From positions 5,296 to 69,295 of the forward strand of contig JACRIJ010000048.1 in the NCBI GenBank assembly GCA_016220095.1: a stretch of 64,000 nt of DNA. The letters run 5' to 3'. Positions 10,041 to 20,136 of this stretch are shown piece after piece (position 1 is the first letter of the stretch; every line of letters starts with the position of its first letter). Both the position numbers and the translations under genes were made by a program. The notes beneath the pieces were generated by a model. That model saw only the letters and a list, made by a program, of their open reading frames with translations. It searched no databases and was not told the origin of the DNA. The DNA comes from Planctomycetota bacterium (GTDB lineage Bacteria; Planctomycetota; MHYJ01; JACQXL01; JACRIJ01).

Positions 10041-10427
10041 CTATCCTACAATGATCGTGCTATCAATATTCGTGAAAACCTTGTCTTTCATTTCACTCTT
10101 ATCAATAGCGGTAATTACATTACGGTTCTTAATGTTTACGACGAAACCGAGGTCTCTGAGCAGTAAAAGCGATTCCTTCGCGCCTTTGGACTCTGCTTTT
10201 TCACAGGCGTTGTTAAGGGCGCTGAGGTCGTTCTGGGTCAGCTCAATGTTCCTGCTGTGGATTCTCTGCTGGGCATGGCTGGAAAAAGTCAGCGGTTTGT
10301 TTTCGTCAATGACCTGCTGTAGCACTGAGGCGAAATCGCCTTTCTGCTGAGGCTGTACCGCCGCAGGCTTTTGCTGTGCCGGTTTAACAGGCTGGATGTT
10401 CTGTATCTGGTAGATGTTGTTCATCAT
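10041..10427 (-). CDS. Flagellar operon protein of the TIGR02530 type, found between flgD and flgE in Clostridia
   Basis: 128 aa. The core LTFSSHAQQRIHSRNIELTQNDLSALNNACEKAESKGAKESLLLLRDLGFVVNIKNRNVITAID matches my recollection of that family. This is a family-level call only. Confidence 0.5.
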   Translation of the reverse strand: MMNNIYQIQNIQPVKPAQQKPAAVQPQQKGDFASVLQQVIDENKPLTFSSHAQQRIHSRNIELTQNDLSALNNACEKAESKGAKESLLLLRDLGFVVNIKNRNVITAIDKSEMKDKVFTNIDSTIIVG

Positions 10428-10444
10428 ATTTGTAATCCTCCCTG

Positions 10445-10864
10445 TTAAGAAGCTACAACTTCCTGTACGTTGTTAAGGGCAACCGTTTCATTGCCCACTA
10501 CCAGAGAGATGCTGTCATTGTTTACAACGACTTTTGATACCGCGCCTTTGACCAGATTGCCGCTGTCAGCCGTACCGGTGATTGTCTTTCCGATAAGCGT
10601 GCTTGCGGCCCCGAGTTCCTGGTACTTGTTCATGGTCTTGAGCGTGTCGGTAAGCGCCGATGTGGATTCAAGGTTCTGAAGGTTCGTCAACTGGCCGAGG
10701 AATTCCTTATTGTCAAGCGGTGACATAGGGTCCTGGTTGGACACTTCAGCGATGAGTATCTTCATGAATTCATCGCGCGTGAGCCTTGCCCTTTCGGCGG
10801 TTGAGCCTGTCGCGGCCGAAGTCTGTGTCGTGCTCGTCAAAGAGCTGATTGGGTTGGGCATCAT
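10445..10864 (-). CDS. flgD: Flagellar hook assembly/capping protein FlgD
   Basis: 139 aa. The motif SNQDPMSPLDNKEFLGQLTNLQNLE is typical of the FlgD N-terminal region. Confidence 0.85.
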   Translation of the reverse strand: MMPNPISSLTSTTQTSAATGSTAERARLTRDEFMKILIAEVSNQDPMSPLDNKEFLGQLTNLQNLESTSALTDTLKTMNKYQELGAASTLIGKTITGTADSGNLVKGAVSKVVVNNDSISLVVGNETVALNNVQEVVAS

Positions 10865-10897
10865 TTTTCTATTCTCCTAAAAGTTGGGCGTCCTTGT

Positions 10898-12487
10898 CTA
10901 TACCAGCACGTCAACGAGCTGGTTTGAGGTGCGCGGCCGTGTAATTTCGGGCCATTCCGATTCCGGTTCTTCCTGTTTTGACAGTCCGGAATACTGGGTG
11001 AACGGTTTTTCCTGCTTGTCGCCGAACTGCTGCGGGCCCTGCTGTAAATCCTGGTCAACGGTGACTTCAAAGTTGGAGATGCTGATACCCTGGTTCTCAA
11101 GGTCTTGTTTCAGCGCTTCAAGGTTGTTCAGGATGGCATGGCGCGCCGCGTGGTTTTCGGTTACCATGGTTGCGGACAGCGAATTTTCCTTTACCGCGAG
11201 GTTGATTTTGAGCGTGCCGAGTTGCTGCGGATGCAGGAGCATCTTAATGCGGTTCGTGCCGTTTCTTAAGCCTGCCTTTGTCGCATTGGCGATTTTCTCA
11301 ATCATCTCAGCCTGGTCGGCTCTGGGAACGGATGCTGTCTTTGACAGTTTCGCGAAGAACTGTGACTGGTCGGACTTTCCGATGTTAACCGCGGATTTTG
11401 ATTCGGCTGACTGCATCATGGGTTTCTGCGCGGTATCGCTGTTGGCGAAGCCGTTTGTTGTTTTGGCTGTGGGAGCCACGGCGCCCGCGGTTTGCACGTA
11501 AGACGCTTCAAAGCCGTTGAGCGAAGTCGCGGAATAATTTGTTGTACCAACGGCGTCTGTTTTCGGCGCCGGGGCCTGCACTGCGGGAGCTGATATTTTT
11601 ACGCTGTCAGCCTGTCCGTTTTGCGAATTATCCGTGTTCCAAAGTGACGGCGTCTGCGCCTGTTCTGCCTGCGGGTTGGCGGCGGGTTCCGTTCTTGCCT
11701 GTGCGGCGTTAACTGCATTGGCGTCAGGTTTGCCGGCGTTCTGCACGGGTGCGTCCACTGAAAATGCGTCGGGCGCGGTTTGCGTGTCAATTGTTTTTGC
11801 CTGTTCAACAGTCTGTGCGATGGCCGGTTTGCCCGATGTCATAGGCTTGTATTCCTGTTCAATCGGGTCTGTCGCGGCGTTTCCGTCCGTTGTTTCCGGT
11901 GCGATTGTGTAAACGGGTTTCGTCTGCTGTGCCGGCGTTTCAATTGCCTGCAATTCGCTTGCTTCCGGCAGTGCCTGATTCATCGGCGCGGTGTACGCCA
12001 TCGCATCATTTTGAACTGCCTGCAAAGGTTCCGTTTGAGTCGCCTGCGCAGGTTGCGCCGGCTGTTCTTCCGGCTGGAATTGCGCCGTTTGAGCCGTTTG
12101 AACGGGTTCCTGTTTCAACACGGGCTGGGTGTTCTGTTCCGAAGCCGCGGCTTGATAAGGCTTCTCGTTTACTGCCGTATCAACACTGGCGTTGTTCTTC
12201 AGCGGGATGTATTCGCTTTGCGCGAGCGTATGGTCTTTGGCCTGCGTGAAAACCTGGACTTCGTCCTGTTCCTGTTCCGGCAGTTCGTGTTCCGCGGGTG
12301 CGGAATCTTCATTAGCCGTTGCCTGCGGCACCTGCGCGGGTTCGGGCGTTGCCGTAATCATGCTCATCAGGATATCGCTGAACGAAATGTCGGTAATCTC
12401 CGGGCTGAATTTCTGCGCCACTGCCTGTGGCGCCGGCGACGTTGAATTAATGTTACTAACCGCTTTCATGTTCTCACCCCCTTTCAA
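10898..12487 (-). CDS. fliK: Flagellar hook-length control protein FliK
   Basis: 529 aa. The centre is rich in Q, A and P. The C-terminal Flg_hook domain reads NRIKMLLHPQQLGTLKINLAVKENSLSATMVT. Confidence 0.8.
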   Translation of the reverse strand: MKGGENMKAVSNINSTSPAPQAVAQKFSPEITDISFSDILMSMITATPEPAQVPQATANEDSAPAEHELPEQEQDEVQVFTQAKDHTLAQSEYIPLKNNASVDTAVNEKPYQAAASEQNTQPVLKQEPVQTAQTAQFQPEEQPAQPAQATQTEPLQAVQNDAMAYTAPMNQALPEASELQAIETPAQQTKPVYTIAPETTDGNAATDPIEQEYKPMTSGKPAIAQTVEQAKTIDTQTAPDAFSVDAPVQNAGKPDANAVNAAQARTEPAANPQAEQAQTPSLWNTDNSQNGQADSVKISAPAVQAPAPKTDAVGTTNYSATSLNGFEASYVQTAGAVAPTAKTTNGFANSDTAQKPMMQSAESKSAVNIGKSDQSQFFAKLSKTASVPRADQAEMIEKIANATKAGLRNGTNRIKMLLHPQQLGTLKINLAVKENSLSATMVTENHAARHAILNNLEALKQDLENQGISISNFEVTVDQDLQQGPQQFGDKQEKPFTQYSGLSKQEEPESEWPEITRPRTSNQLVDVLV

Positions 12488-12544
12488 AGGTAGCGGTGTT
12501 TATAATCGGCAGGGATTGATGACAATCAAACCCTGCGTAGATAA

Positions 12545-13210
12545 CTATTTTATTTCCGGTTTTTTCGTTGAAGCCGCGAGTACGGTTTCAACTTCAAAAG
12601 ATTTATCTTTGTAGCTTTTCCTGAGTTCCGTGAGGATATCGGCGCTGAAGGATTCCTTGAAGCCCTTAAGATATCTTATCACAGTGGGCGTTTCCCATGC
12701 GGAAAACATGCCCGCAACTTCTTTCGCGGACATTTTGGAAAATATCTTGAGGTTGGACGCGTAGTTAAGTTCGTCGGCCTTCGGGAAGGTCTCTTCAATG
12801 AATTTCTGGAATTTCGCCTTGTTTTCTTCAAAAGCGGCCTTGTCCCTGCCGAGTTTGTCTTCGCGCAGTGTTAATTCCGTAAGCTTGGTGTTTATCTGGT
12901 TCTGGAGCGTTTCAATGAGCGCGAATTTTTCCTCCTGGGTTTTCAGTTTTGCCAGGGCGTCATTCTGGAGCGCCATGGCGCGGTCAAGTTCGTCCGGCTG
13001 GGCCGGTTGTTGGGGCGCGGCTTCGGTAAATTCTTTTCCCTTCAGGGCTGACAGCGAATTGTCAATCTTATGGGAGTTTAAGACACCCGTGGAAAACAGC
13101 ACTGTTATCACCGTAACCAGGATGGCGAACGCGACGAAGAAAACAAATTCAATTGTCTTGAATGCCGTTTTCAACGTTGACAGTTTTAATAATTTCGAAA
13201 AATTAAGCAT
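12545..13210 (-). CDS. YlxF-like flagellar operon protein with an MgtE_N-like domain
   Basis: 221 aa with an N-terminal TM segment and a coiled coil. The C-terminus is MgtE_N-like (SKMSAKEVAGMFSAWETPTVIRYLKGFKESFSADILTEL). It lies between fliJ and fliK like B. subtilis ylxF. Confidence 0.5.
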   Translation of the reverse strand: MLNFSKLLKLSTLKTAFKTIEFVFFVAFAILVTVITVLFSTGVLNSHKIDNSLSALKGKEFTEAAPQQPAQPDELDRAMALQNDALAKLKTQEEKFALIETLQNQINTKLTELTLREDKLGRDKAAFEENKAKFQKFIEETFPKADELNYASNLKIFSKMSAKEVAGMFSAWETPTVIRYLKGFKESFSADILTELRKSYKDKSFEVETVLAASTKKPEIK

Positions 13211-13673
13211 ACACGGCGTCCTGTTTATTGTTCAGGGAATTACAGAATTTTACGGTTGCGATTTCGTCAAGGAACTTGCGCTCTTCAATGTTCAGCTGGT
13301 ACAAGTAATCCCTGTATTTTTTTTCCTTGAGCTTATCAAGGATTTTTCTTTCCTTGGTTGCCTTTAACAGTTCCGCGCGTTTCCGGGTTTCCTGGATGCC
13401 GAGGGCTTTTAGTTCGTTCCGGGCGTTAATGAGTTTTGCCTCAAGCGCCCTCTGGTACCTTTTCTGCGCGAGCACGTCCTGTATCTTTACCGAGGCGGAC
13501 ACGAGTTGCCTGAGGTCATCGGCCGCGCCGGCGATCAGTTTTACGATTGAATCAATCTTCGCCTGCTGGTCAAACACTTTCTTCTGGGCGATCGCAAGCT
13601 CGCGTTTTTTTTCTTCTTCAACCTGTTTTTTGTATTGAAGTACCGTTTCAAGCTGGAATTTAAAGGTTTTCAT
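13203..13673 (-). CDS. fliJ: Flagellar export chaperone FliJ
   Basis: 156 aa coiled-coil protein located after fliI. Confidence 0.75.
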   Translation of the reverse strand: MKTFKFQLETVLQYKKQVEEEKKRELAIAQKKVFDQQAKIDSIVKLIAGAADDLRQLVSASVKIQDVLAQKRYQRALEAKLINARNELKALGIQETRKRAELLKATKERKILDKLKEKKYRDYLYQLNIEERKFLDEIATVKFCNSLNNKQDAVYA

Positions 13674-13676
13674 TGT

Positions 13677-14987
13677 TTATTGCCCTGCCAGTTCAAGTAA
13701 CGATTGCACGGTTTTTTCGTAGGTGGTTTTTTCCGCTATATCCTGTTTCAGGAAGGCGTTGATTTTCGGCATAAGTTTTATCGCGTGGTCTATATCGGGG
13801 TTTGAGCCGTGCACGTAAGCTCCGATATTTATCAGGTCTTCGGCATTCCTGTAAGTTGCCATTATTGATTTTATTTTAACCGCCGCTTCGCGGTGTTCCC
13901 TTGATACGACTTCTATCATAAGGCGGGAAACGCTCATAAGCGGGTCAATTGCCGGGTAGTGGCCTTTGGTGGCGATATCGCGCGACAGCCATATATGGCC
14001 GTCAAGGATGCTTCTGGCGGTATCGGCGACGGGTTCGTTTATGTCATCCGATTCAACAAGCACCGTATAGATTCCAGTAATACTGCCTTTGTCGGACGTG
14101 CCGGCGCGTTCAAGCAGTTTAGGCATCATGGCAAAAACCGATGGGGTGAACCCTTTGGTGGCAGGCGGTTCTCCGATGGACAATCCGATTTCGCGCTGGG
14201 CTATGGCCATGCGCGTGATGGAATCCATAAGGAGCAGAACGTCCATGCCCATATCGCGGAAAAATTCGGCTATGGCAGAGGCGGTAAAAGGCGCTTTTAC
14301 GCGCAGGAGCGCGGGTTCATCCGAGGTGGCGACCACTACGATGGACCTTTTCAGGCCTTCTTTGCCGAGGTCTTTTTCAATGAATTCCCGGACTTCCCTG
14401 CCGCGTTCGCCGACGAGGCAGATGACGTTGACCTGCGCTTCGGTATTCCTTGCCACCATGCCCATGAGCACGCTTTTGCCGACGCCGCTTCCGGAGAAGA
14501 GCCCTACCCGCTGGCCCCTGCCGCAGGTGGAAAGCCCGTCAATGCATTTTACGCCGGTGGCAAGCGGTTTGGAAATACGCTGGCGGGAAAGCGCCTTCGG
14601 GGGCGCGGCGTAAATGAAATTTTTCCTCGCGGTATTTACCGTTGGTCCGTTGTCAATGGGGTTTCCCCGCGCGTCAACGATTCTGCCGAGGAGTTCCATC
14701 CCTATGCTGACGGATTGAATGTTATTTTTGCAGTTTACGATATCGTTTCTTTTAATGCCGCGCATTTCGCCGAACGGCATGAGGAGAAGGCGGTCTTCCC
14801 TGAAACCTACGACTTCGGTTTCTATGGTTTGGTTTGAATGCGACGGCTGGATTGAGCAGATACTTCCTACGGGCGCGGAAAGCCCTTCGCATTCTATGAT
14901 AAGCCCTATGATCTTAGAGACTCTTCCCGAGAGCCGCATGGATGTGGCGTTGTCCAGTATTTCCAATTCTGTCTGAAATATTGACAT
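13677..14987 (-). CDS. fliI: Flagellum-specific ATPase FliI
   Basis: 436 aa. Walker A is GSGVGKS and Walker B is LLLMDSITR. It is an F1/T3SS-ATPase-like protein. Confidence 0.95.
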   Translation of the reverse strand: MSIFQTELEILDNATSMRLSGRVSKIIGLIIECEGLSAPVGSICSIQPSHSNQTIETEVVGFREDRLLLMPFGEMRGIKRNDIVNCKNNIQSVSIGMELLGRIVDARGNPIDNGPTVNTARKNFIYAAPPKALSRQRISKPLATGVKCIDGLSTCGRGQRVGLFSGSGVGKSVLMGMVARNTEAQVNVICLVGERGREVREFIEKDLGKEGLKRSIVVVATSDEPALLRVKAPFTASAIAEFFRDMGMDVLLLMDSITRMAIAQREIGLSIGEPPATKGFTPSVFAMMPKLLERAGTSDKGSITGIYTVLVESDDINEPVADTARSILDGHIWLSRDIATKGHYPAIDPLMSVSRLMIEVVSREHREAAVKIKSIMATYRNAEDLINIGAYVHGSNPDIDHAIKLMPKINAFLKQDIAEKTTYEKTVQSLLELAGQ

Positions 14988-14988
14988 C

Positions 14989-15693
14989 CTATTTATTGCC
15001 TTTCAGGATAATTTTATAAAGTTCATCAAGCTGGACTGCCACGGAGGCGTCCACCGAGCCGGTGCGGGATTTTACGACGACGGAACCTTTCGGAAATTTC
15101 GTATCCTGCACGAGTTTGATGGTTTTTATTTCCGAAAAGGTTTTTTGTATTTCCGGGAAAAAGGTTTCCGCTGACACGAGGTCGTCCGGGCTCATGAGTA
15201 TTTCAAGGTCGGTTTTCTGGGCGGTAAGTTCTATGGCCTTGATTATATTGGCGTTGACGATGTCGGGGTCAAGTTCTATCTGGCGGTTGAGTATTTTTTC
15301 CACTATTTTGAAAGAGAGTTCAACAAGGTCTTTGCGCGCGTTTTCGGACTGGTATCTGGATTTTTCCTCAAGGGCATCAATCAGTTTGCGCAGTACGGCG
15401 ATAAGTTCTGCGGATTCCTTGCGGACCTGCTGGACGGCGCTTTCATTGCCGGATTTCCTGCCGTCAACCGTGCCTTTCTGCATGCCGTCCTGATACCCTT
15501 TTTCGTATCCCTGCTTGTAAGCGTCCGCGGAGATGGTTCTGGACTGGGCGACAGCGTCCGTTATGAGTTCCCTAGATTTAATCTTGGCGTTTTCCAGGAT
15601 GCTCTTCGCGTGGAGCACTATGTCCGTAAGGTCAAGGGGTTTTAATTCGCCCTTGAGAGAATCGGCATCTTTGTTTTTAATTACTTTAACCAT
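14989..15693 (-). CDS. fliH: Flagellar assembly protein FliH
   Basis: 234 aa charged helical protein lying between fliG and fliI. Confidence 0.75.
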   Translation of the reverse strand: MVKVIKNKDADSLKGELKPLDLTDIVLHAKSILENAKIKSRELITDAVAQSRTISADAYKQGYEKGYQDGMQKGTVDGRKSGNESAVQQVRKESAELIAVLRKLIDALEEKSRYQSENARKDLVELSFKIVEKILNRQIELDPDIVNANIIKAIELTAQKTDLEILMSPDDLVSAETFFPEIQKTFSEIKTIKLVQDTKFPKGSVVVKSRTGSVDASVAVQLDELYKIILKGNK

Positions 15694-15703
15694 ATAAATA
15701 CTT

Positions 15704-16717
15704 TTATACTATAATTTCTTCTTCGCCGCCGCGGCCCTGGATGAAGAGTTCGCCTTTTTCTTCAAGCTGTCTTACGACGTCCACGATGGACTGCTGGGCC
15801 GCTTCAACGTCCGCGAGGCGCACGGGGCCCATGAATTCTATTTCTTCTTTTATCATATCCACGGCGCGTTTGGACATATTCTTAAAGAATTTTTCCCTCA
15901 GTTCCACGCTGGCTGTTTTGAGGCCCAGGGCGAGAGTATTGGGTTCAACTTCTTTAAGGAGGTTTTGTATGCCCCTGTCATTGACAAGGAGGATGTCGTC
16001 AAATACGAACATGAGTTTTCTTATCTGGTCTGCGAGTTCCGGGGCCTGTTCTTCAAGCAGGTCAAGTATATTGCGTTCGGTGGACCTGTCGGTGAGGTTG
16101 AGGATTTCCGCGGCGGTCTTTACGCCGCCGGATTCCTTTAGTTCTTCGGTGACGAAAGACGCGAGTTTTTTTTCAAGCGCCTGTTCCACCTGTGATATTA
16201 CTTCAGGGCTCGTATGTTCCATTGAGGCGAGCCGTTTAATGACTTCAAGCTGTTTCTGCGAAGGAAGCCCGGCGAGGATTTCGGCGGACTGCGAGTGGGA
16301 CAGGTGGGCGAGTATCAGCGCGATGGTTTGCGGGTGTTCGTTCTGCATGAAGGTCAGGAGGTTTTCGGCGTCGGCCTTCTGGAGGAATCCGAACGGCGCC
16401 ATTTTCATGGACTGTTCTATCATTTCAAGGATGCGCTGGGTTTCTTCTATGGGGAGCACCTTTTCAAGAAGGGAGCGAGCGTAGGATACGCCGCCCTGTT
16501 CCACGTACTGTTGGGCCATGGAAAGGTGGTAGAATTCTTCAATAGTTCTGTCGCGCTCTTCCTTGGAGACGTTTTCAAGCTTTGCTATTTCCAGGCCGAC
16601 AAGTTCTATGGTTTCTTTATCAAGCTGGGACAGGACTTTCGCGGCCATATCCTGTTCAAGCGAAACCATGAGAATGGCGGCTTTTCTGATGCCCTGTTGT
16701 AGAGTAATTTCTGCCAT
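15704..16717 (-). CDS. fliG: Flagellar motor switch protein FliG
   Basis: 337 aa. The C-terminal torque-generating region is conserved (FVFDDILLVNDRGIQNLLKEV). Confidence 0.9.
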   Translation of the reverse strand: MAEITLQQGIRKAAILMVSLEQDMAAKVLSQLDKETIELVGLEIAKLENVSKEERDRTIEEFYHLSMAQQYVEQGGVSYARSLLEKVLPIEETQRILEMIEQSMKMAPFGFLQKADAENLLTFMQNEHPQTIALILAHLSHSQSAEILAGLPSQKQLEVIKRLASMEHTSPEVISQVEQALEKKLASFVTEELKESGGVKTAAEILNLTDRSTERNILDLLEEQAPELADQIRKLMFVFDDILLVNDRGIQNLLKEVEPNTLALGLKTASVELREKFFKNMSKRAVDMIKEEIEFMGPVRLADVEAAQQSIVDVVRQLEEKGELFIQGRGGEEEIIV

Positions 16718-16729
16718 ATAAATCAGACC

Positions 16730-18343
16730 TCAACTTTTAATCCATCTTTTGACTAAATTGGCGGCAACCCTCGGGTTCTTTTTGACCGTATCTTTAACCC
16801 ATTCGCGCATCTGTGCGATTTTCATGTCGGGCGCGGGAATTGCGAGTTCGGGTATTTCAATCTGCGGCAATTCCGCGGGCGGTTCCATTTCTTTTTTGGC
16901 TTTTTCAAGTTCCTTCATGAGTTCGGTGGGCATTGATTTGCGTATGACGAATCTGTAACCGATGAAGAGCAGGGTGAGCAATATTGCCAGCAGGGCGATC
17001 TGGGGCCCGTATTTGCCGAGCATATCGGTAGCGGTTTCCACGCCGGACGGTTCCTGGAAAGTTTCGGGTTCAGGGAAGGACATTGCCGTGATGGAAATCT
17101 TTTCTTCATTATCCATGCCGCATATCCTCGCGACCTGCGTTTTCCATGTTTTGATATTTTCATCAAGCTGTGCCTGCGCGTTCTTTTTGTCAGCTGCTTT
17201 GCCGCCGGGCAGTAACAGCGCTTTTTCATACGGGACAACGATTGCGATGGAGGTGTCTTTTATCGTACCCGGAGGCACTTCGCTTTCCGTAAGCGTTTTG
17301 GGATAGACGTCAGATGTTTCCGTTTCCGAAGAGGATGTTTTCATGGGTATTTCGCCGCCTCCGGAAGACGGGTTTGTTACGGAAAGGGGCGAGGAAGGCG
17401 ATGACTGGCCTACGAGCCCGCTCTTATCCGTCATTCCGGGTATGCCGCCGGTGCCGGCGCCCAGGACCGGTTCGGATGTTTCCGTGGAAGTGCTGTTTAC
17501 TACAATGGCTACGTGTTCTTCGGAATGTATTTTTTGTTTGGTGAAATCCATTTTCAGGTTGACCTTGACTACCACGGGGAAAAACTGCGCGAAGAAAGAT
17601 CTGACGCTGTCTTCAAGGAATTTTTCTTCCTTTCGTTTTATGTCAAGGTGTGTGGCGGACTGGAGCGCCATGTCGTCCTTGTCAAGGACGCTGAAGAGAT
17701 TGCCGTCCGCGATAATGGCCACATCCTGCGGTTGCATGGAGCCGAACGCGTTCGCGACCAAATTGGCGATTGCGTTTACGTTTACGGCGGAAAGCGACAT
17801 GCCGGGTTTCAGGGTAAGCATTACGGAGGCCGTTCCGTGGTCTTTATCTTCATTGAATATGAATGAATCCTGCGGTATTTTTTCAACGATTGAGGCGGTT
17901 TTGATGAACGGAAGCATCATAAGATAGCGCCTGAGTTCGCGCTTTTTGCTTACGAGAAGGCGCATATCGCGGCGGTCTTTGCTTTCCGCGAAGCTGTCGC
18001 CGAAGACCCATTCCCAGACGTCTTTGCCTTCGGGCAGTTTGCCTTCGCCGTAAAGTTCCAGGAGCAGTTTAGACCGTTCTTCGGAAGGCACGTAGAGTTT
18101 GCTTTCTTCCACCGAGTACGGGATCCTTTTTTCATCAAGGTATTTCTGGACTTCGGACGCCGCTTCGTAGGTCATTGTCTCCGGCGTAAGAGGCACAAGG
18201 CTGGGTTTGGAGCTCATGGACACGAGCGTGATTATGGTGGCGATGACGGCTACGCAGATGGTCCCGAGGATGAACTGTTGAGAGCGGTTCATTCCCTTGA
18301 CGATGTCCCTTATCTGGTTGAACACTTGTCTGAAAAAATCCAT
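16730..18343 (-). CDS. fliF: Flagellar MS-ring protein FliF
   Basis: 537 aa with N- and C-terminal TM segments. It is preceded by fliE and followed by fliG. Confidence 0.9.
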   Translation of the reverse strand: MDFFRQVFNQIRDIVKGMNRSQQFILGTICVAVIATIITLVSMSSKPSLVPLTPETMTYEAASEVQKYLDEKRIPYSVEESKLYVPSEERSKLLLELYGEGKLPEGKDVWEWVFGDSFAESKDRRDMRLLVSKKRELRRYLMMLPFIKTASIVEKIPQDSFIFNEDKDHGTASVMLTLKPGMSLSAVNVNAIANLVANAFGSMQPQDVAIIADGNLFSVLDKDDMALQSATHLDIKRKEEKFLEDSVRSFFAQFFPVVVKVNLKMDFTKQKIHSEEHVAIVVNSTSTETSEPVLGAGTGGIPGMTDKSGLVGQSSPSSPLSVTNPSSGGGEIPMKTSSSETETSDVYPKTLTESEVPPGTIKDTSIAIVVPYEKALLLPGGKAADKKNAQAQLDENIKTWKTQVARICGMDNEEKISITAMSFPEPETFQEPSGVETATDMLGKYGPQIALLAILLTLLFIGYRFVIRKSMPTELMKELEKAKKEMEPPAELPQIEIPELAIPAPDMKIAQMREWVKDTVKKNPRVAANLVKRWIKS

Positions 18344-18370
18344 ATTATTTAACCCCTTTAATTAAAACGA

Positions 18371-18679
18371 CTATACGCGCATACGCATGATTTCTTCGTA
18401 CGCGTCAACGATTTTATTTCTAAGCTGGATCATCAGTTTGCTGGTGATTTCAGCCTTTTGCGCGGCGGACACGACTTCGGCGATATTGTCCGTTTTGCCG
18501 GTAACGAGGTCGGCGACCGAGGACTGGTATTCTTTCTGGACTTCATTATACTTGTCCATGTAATCCGACAGGATTTCCTTGAAGGATTTTCCGGATTCGG
18601 TCTGCCCTGTTGGAGCGGAAGGCGCCGGGGATATGGGCTGTATTGCCGCGGGTTTAATCGGTTGTATCTGGTCTGCCAT
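18371..18679 (-). CDS. fliE: Flagellar hook-basal body protein FliE
   Basis: 102 aa located after flgC. Confidence 0.8.
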   Translation of the reverse strand: MADQIQPIKPAAIQPISPAPSAPTGQTESGKSFKEILSDYMDKYNEVQKEYQSSVADLVTGKTDNIAEVVSAAQKAEITSKLMIQLRNKIVDAYEEIMRMRV

Positions 18680-18699
18680 ATGGAACTCCTATTATAAAA

Positions 18700-19104
18700 T
18701 CAGGCTAAAAGCCTTATTGTTGTTGAGAATAACTGTTTTGTCACTTCAAATGCCGTGGCGTTCATTTCGTACGCCCTTGCGGCTTCAATGGCGTCAACGA
18801 ATTCAAAAAGCGGGTCTATGTCCGGGAATTTTACGTTGCCGTTTTCATCCGCGTCCGGGTGGTTGGGAATATGGCTCATCTTAAACGCGGGGAATTCCTT
18901 TATTTCCGACACCCTGACGCCCTGATTCGGCATGCCTTTCTCAGGCAGGCCCGTCTGGAACACCGCCCTCTTGGGTTTGTAGGGGTTGACATTGCCGAAG
19001 GCGTCTCTCGTGGATTCTATGTTCGCGTAATTATCCGCGGCCACGTTTAATCGCGCGCGCTGGGCGGTCATGCCGGATGTAAGGACGTCTAAAGTTGAAA
19101 ACAT
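18700..19104 (-). CDS. flgC: Flagellar basal-body rod protein FlgC
   Basis: 134 aa with the rod N-terminal motif SGMTAQRARLNVAADNYANIES. Confidence 0.9.
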   Translation of the reverse strand: MFSTLDVLTSGMTAQRARLNVAADNYANIESTRDAFGNVNPYKPKRAVFQTGLPEKGMPNQGVRVSEIKEFPAFKMSHIPNHPDADENGNVKFPDIDPLFEFVDAIEAARAYEMNATAFEVTKQLFSTTIRLLA

Positions 19105-19130
19105 ATTATAATCTCCTGACTAAATTATTA

Positions 19131-19568
19131 CTAAGTTGCTTTTTCAGCGATGGCGCTTTTCAGGGAATCAAAATTATTCCTCAGTAGTTGCACGAGCACG
19201 GAATAGTAAAGCGCGTTTTTTGCCAGCTTGGCGTTTTCCCTGTCAACGTCAACGTTGTTGCCGTTGTGGGACATCACGCCGGGTTCCGGGGATAGCACGG
19301 GATCAACCTTGAACTCGCCGGAGTTACTGGTGAAACCTCCGCCCGAGGCGCTTTCAAATTCCAGGTAGCCTACATCCCTTTTACTGCTTTCCTGCAGGGC
19401 TTTTTCAAGGTATTCCATGAACTCTTTTTCAGGCAGGTCAAGCGCCTTGAACCCGGGCGTTGTGGCATTTGCGATATTGTTGGCAATCACATTATGCCTC
19501 TGATAAGAAAAAGAAATCGCTTTTTCCAGTAAAGGAATATTGCCTTTGCTGAAGATTGAGTTAATCAT
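19131..19568 (-). CDS. flgB: Flagellar basal-body rod protein FlgB
   Basis: 145 aa. It is the first gene of the operon. Confidence 0.85.
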   Translation of the reverse strand: MINSIFSKGNIPLLEKAISFSYQRHNVIANNIANATTPGFKALDLPEKEFMEYLEKALQESSKRDVGYLEFESASGGGFTSNSGEFKVDPVLSPEPGVMSHNGNNVDVDRENAKLAKNALYYSVLVQLLRNNFDSLKSAIAEKAT

Positions 19569-19726
19569 AACTAATCCTTCTAAATACTTGCCAGTTATTG
19601 CATTTGCAGGCCGAGACCCGCGGCCAATGGTCAGTGATCGGTGAAAAAGGTCATAAATTCAGTGGTAGTGACAGTGGAAAAAGATGAACTGAAGATGTTG
19701 ACCACTTATCACTAATCACTGACCAC

Positions 19727-19742
19727 TATACAGTTATGCAAC
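19727..19742 (-). promoter_or_regulatory. Sigma-54 (RpoN) -24/-12 promoter driving the flgB-flhA operon
   Basis: The minus strand reads TGGCACGcaggTTGCA. The -24 element, the -12 element and the GG-N10-GC spacing all match consensus. It lies about 160 nt upstream of the flgB ATG. Confidence 0.7.
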
Positions 19743-19934
19743 CTGCGTGCCAAAAATACAGTTTTCGTGTTTTTGGCGCCACGTAAGGCATAACATGTTT
19801 ATTTTCAGTTGGTTATAGCAGAAATCGCATTTCAGTCACGGGTGCGGATTCCTGCAGAGAGCGGTTTTTGGCAGAAAATGCCGGGGTATTCGGCACTTTT
19901 TGCCGTGTTAAATCAGTTAAGAGCGCTAAGCTCT

Positions 19935-20040
19935 TTTAACCACGAAGCACACGAAGTGCACGAAGAGCGGCTCGTGAAACTCGTGATCTTCGTGGTAGAA
20001 AGCGCTATGACGACGGCTAAATTAGCCACGAATAAATACG
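19935..20040. repeat. Repeat family R4 (CCACGAAG-cACACGAAG-tgCACGAAG ... CTTCGTGG), palindromic CACGAAG motifs
   Basis: Related copies lie at 25995-26040, 32570-32610, 37615-37645 and 53580-53650. Variants 34480-34580 and 26440-26500 replace cacgaag with cacagag. Confidence 0.7.
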
Positions 20041-20136
20041 AACATCGGAATCTTGTGAGCCTCAGCGGTCCTGCGGCTACAACTGGCCACCGGTCACTGT
20101 CCACTGGTTACGGCCTCCGGTTCCCGGATCCCAGGA

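Noticed and set aside
13959-14837. 292-aa plus-strand ORF inside fliI, and many similar plus-strand ORFs across the flagellar cluster (e.g. 15741-16484, 17343-17927)
   Set aside because: They are opposite-strand artefacts of strongly conserved minus-strand genes. Their composition is biased and they have no RBS or known motifs.
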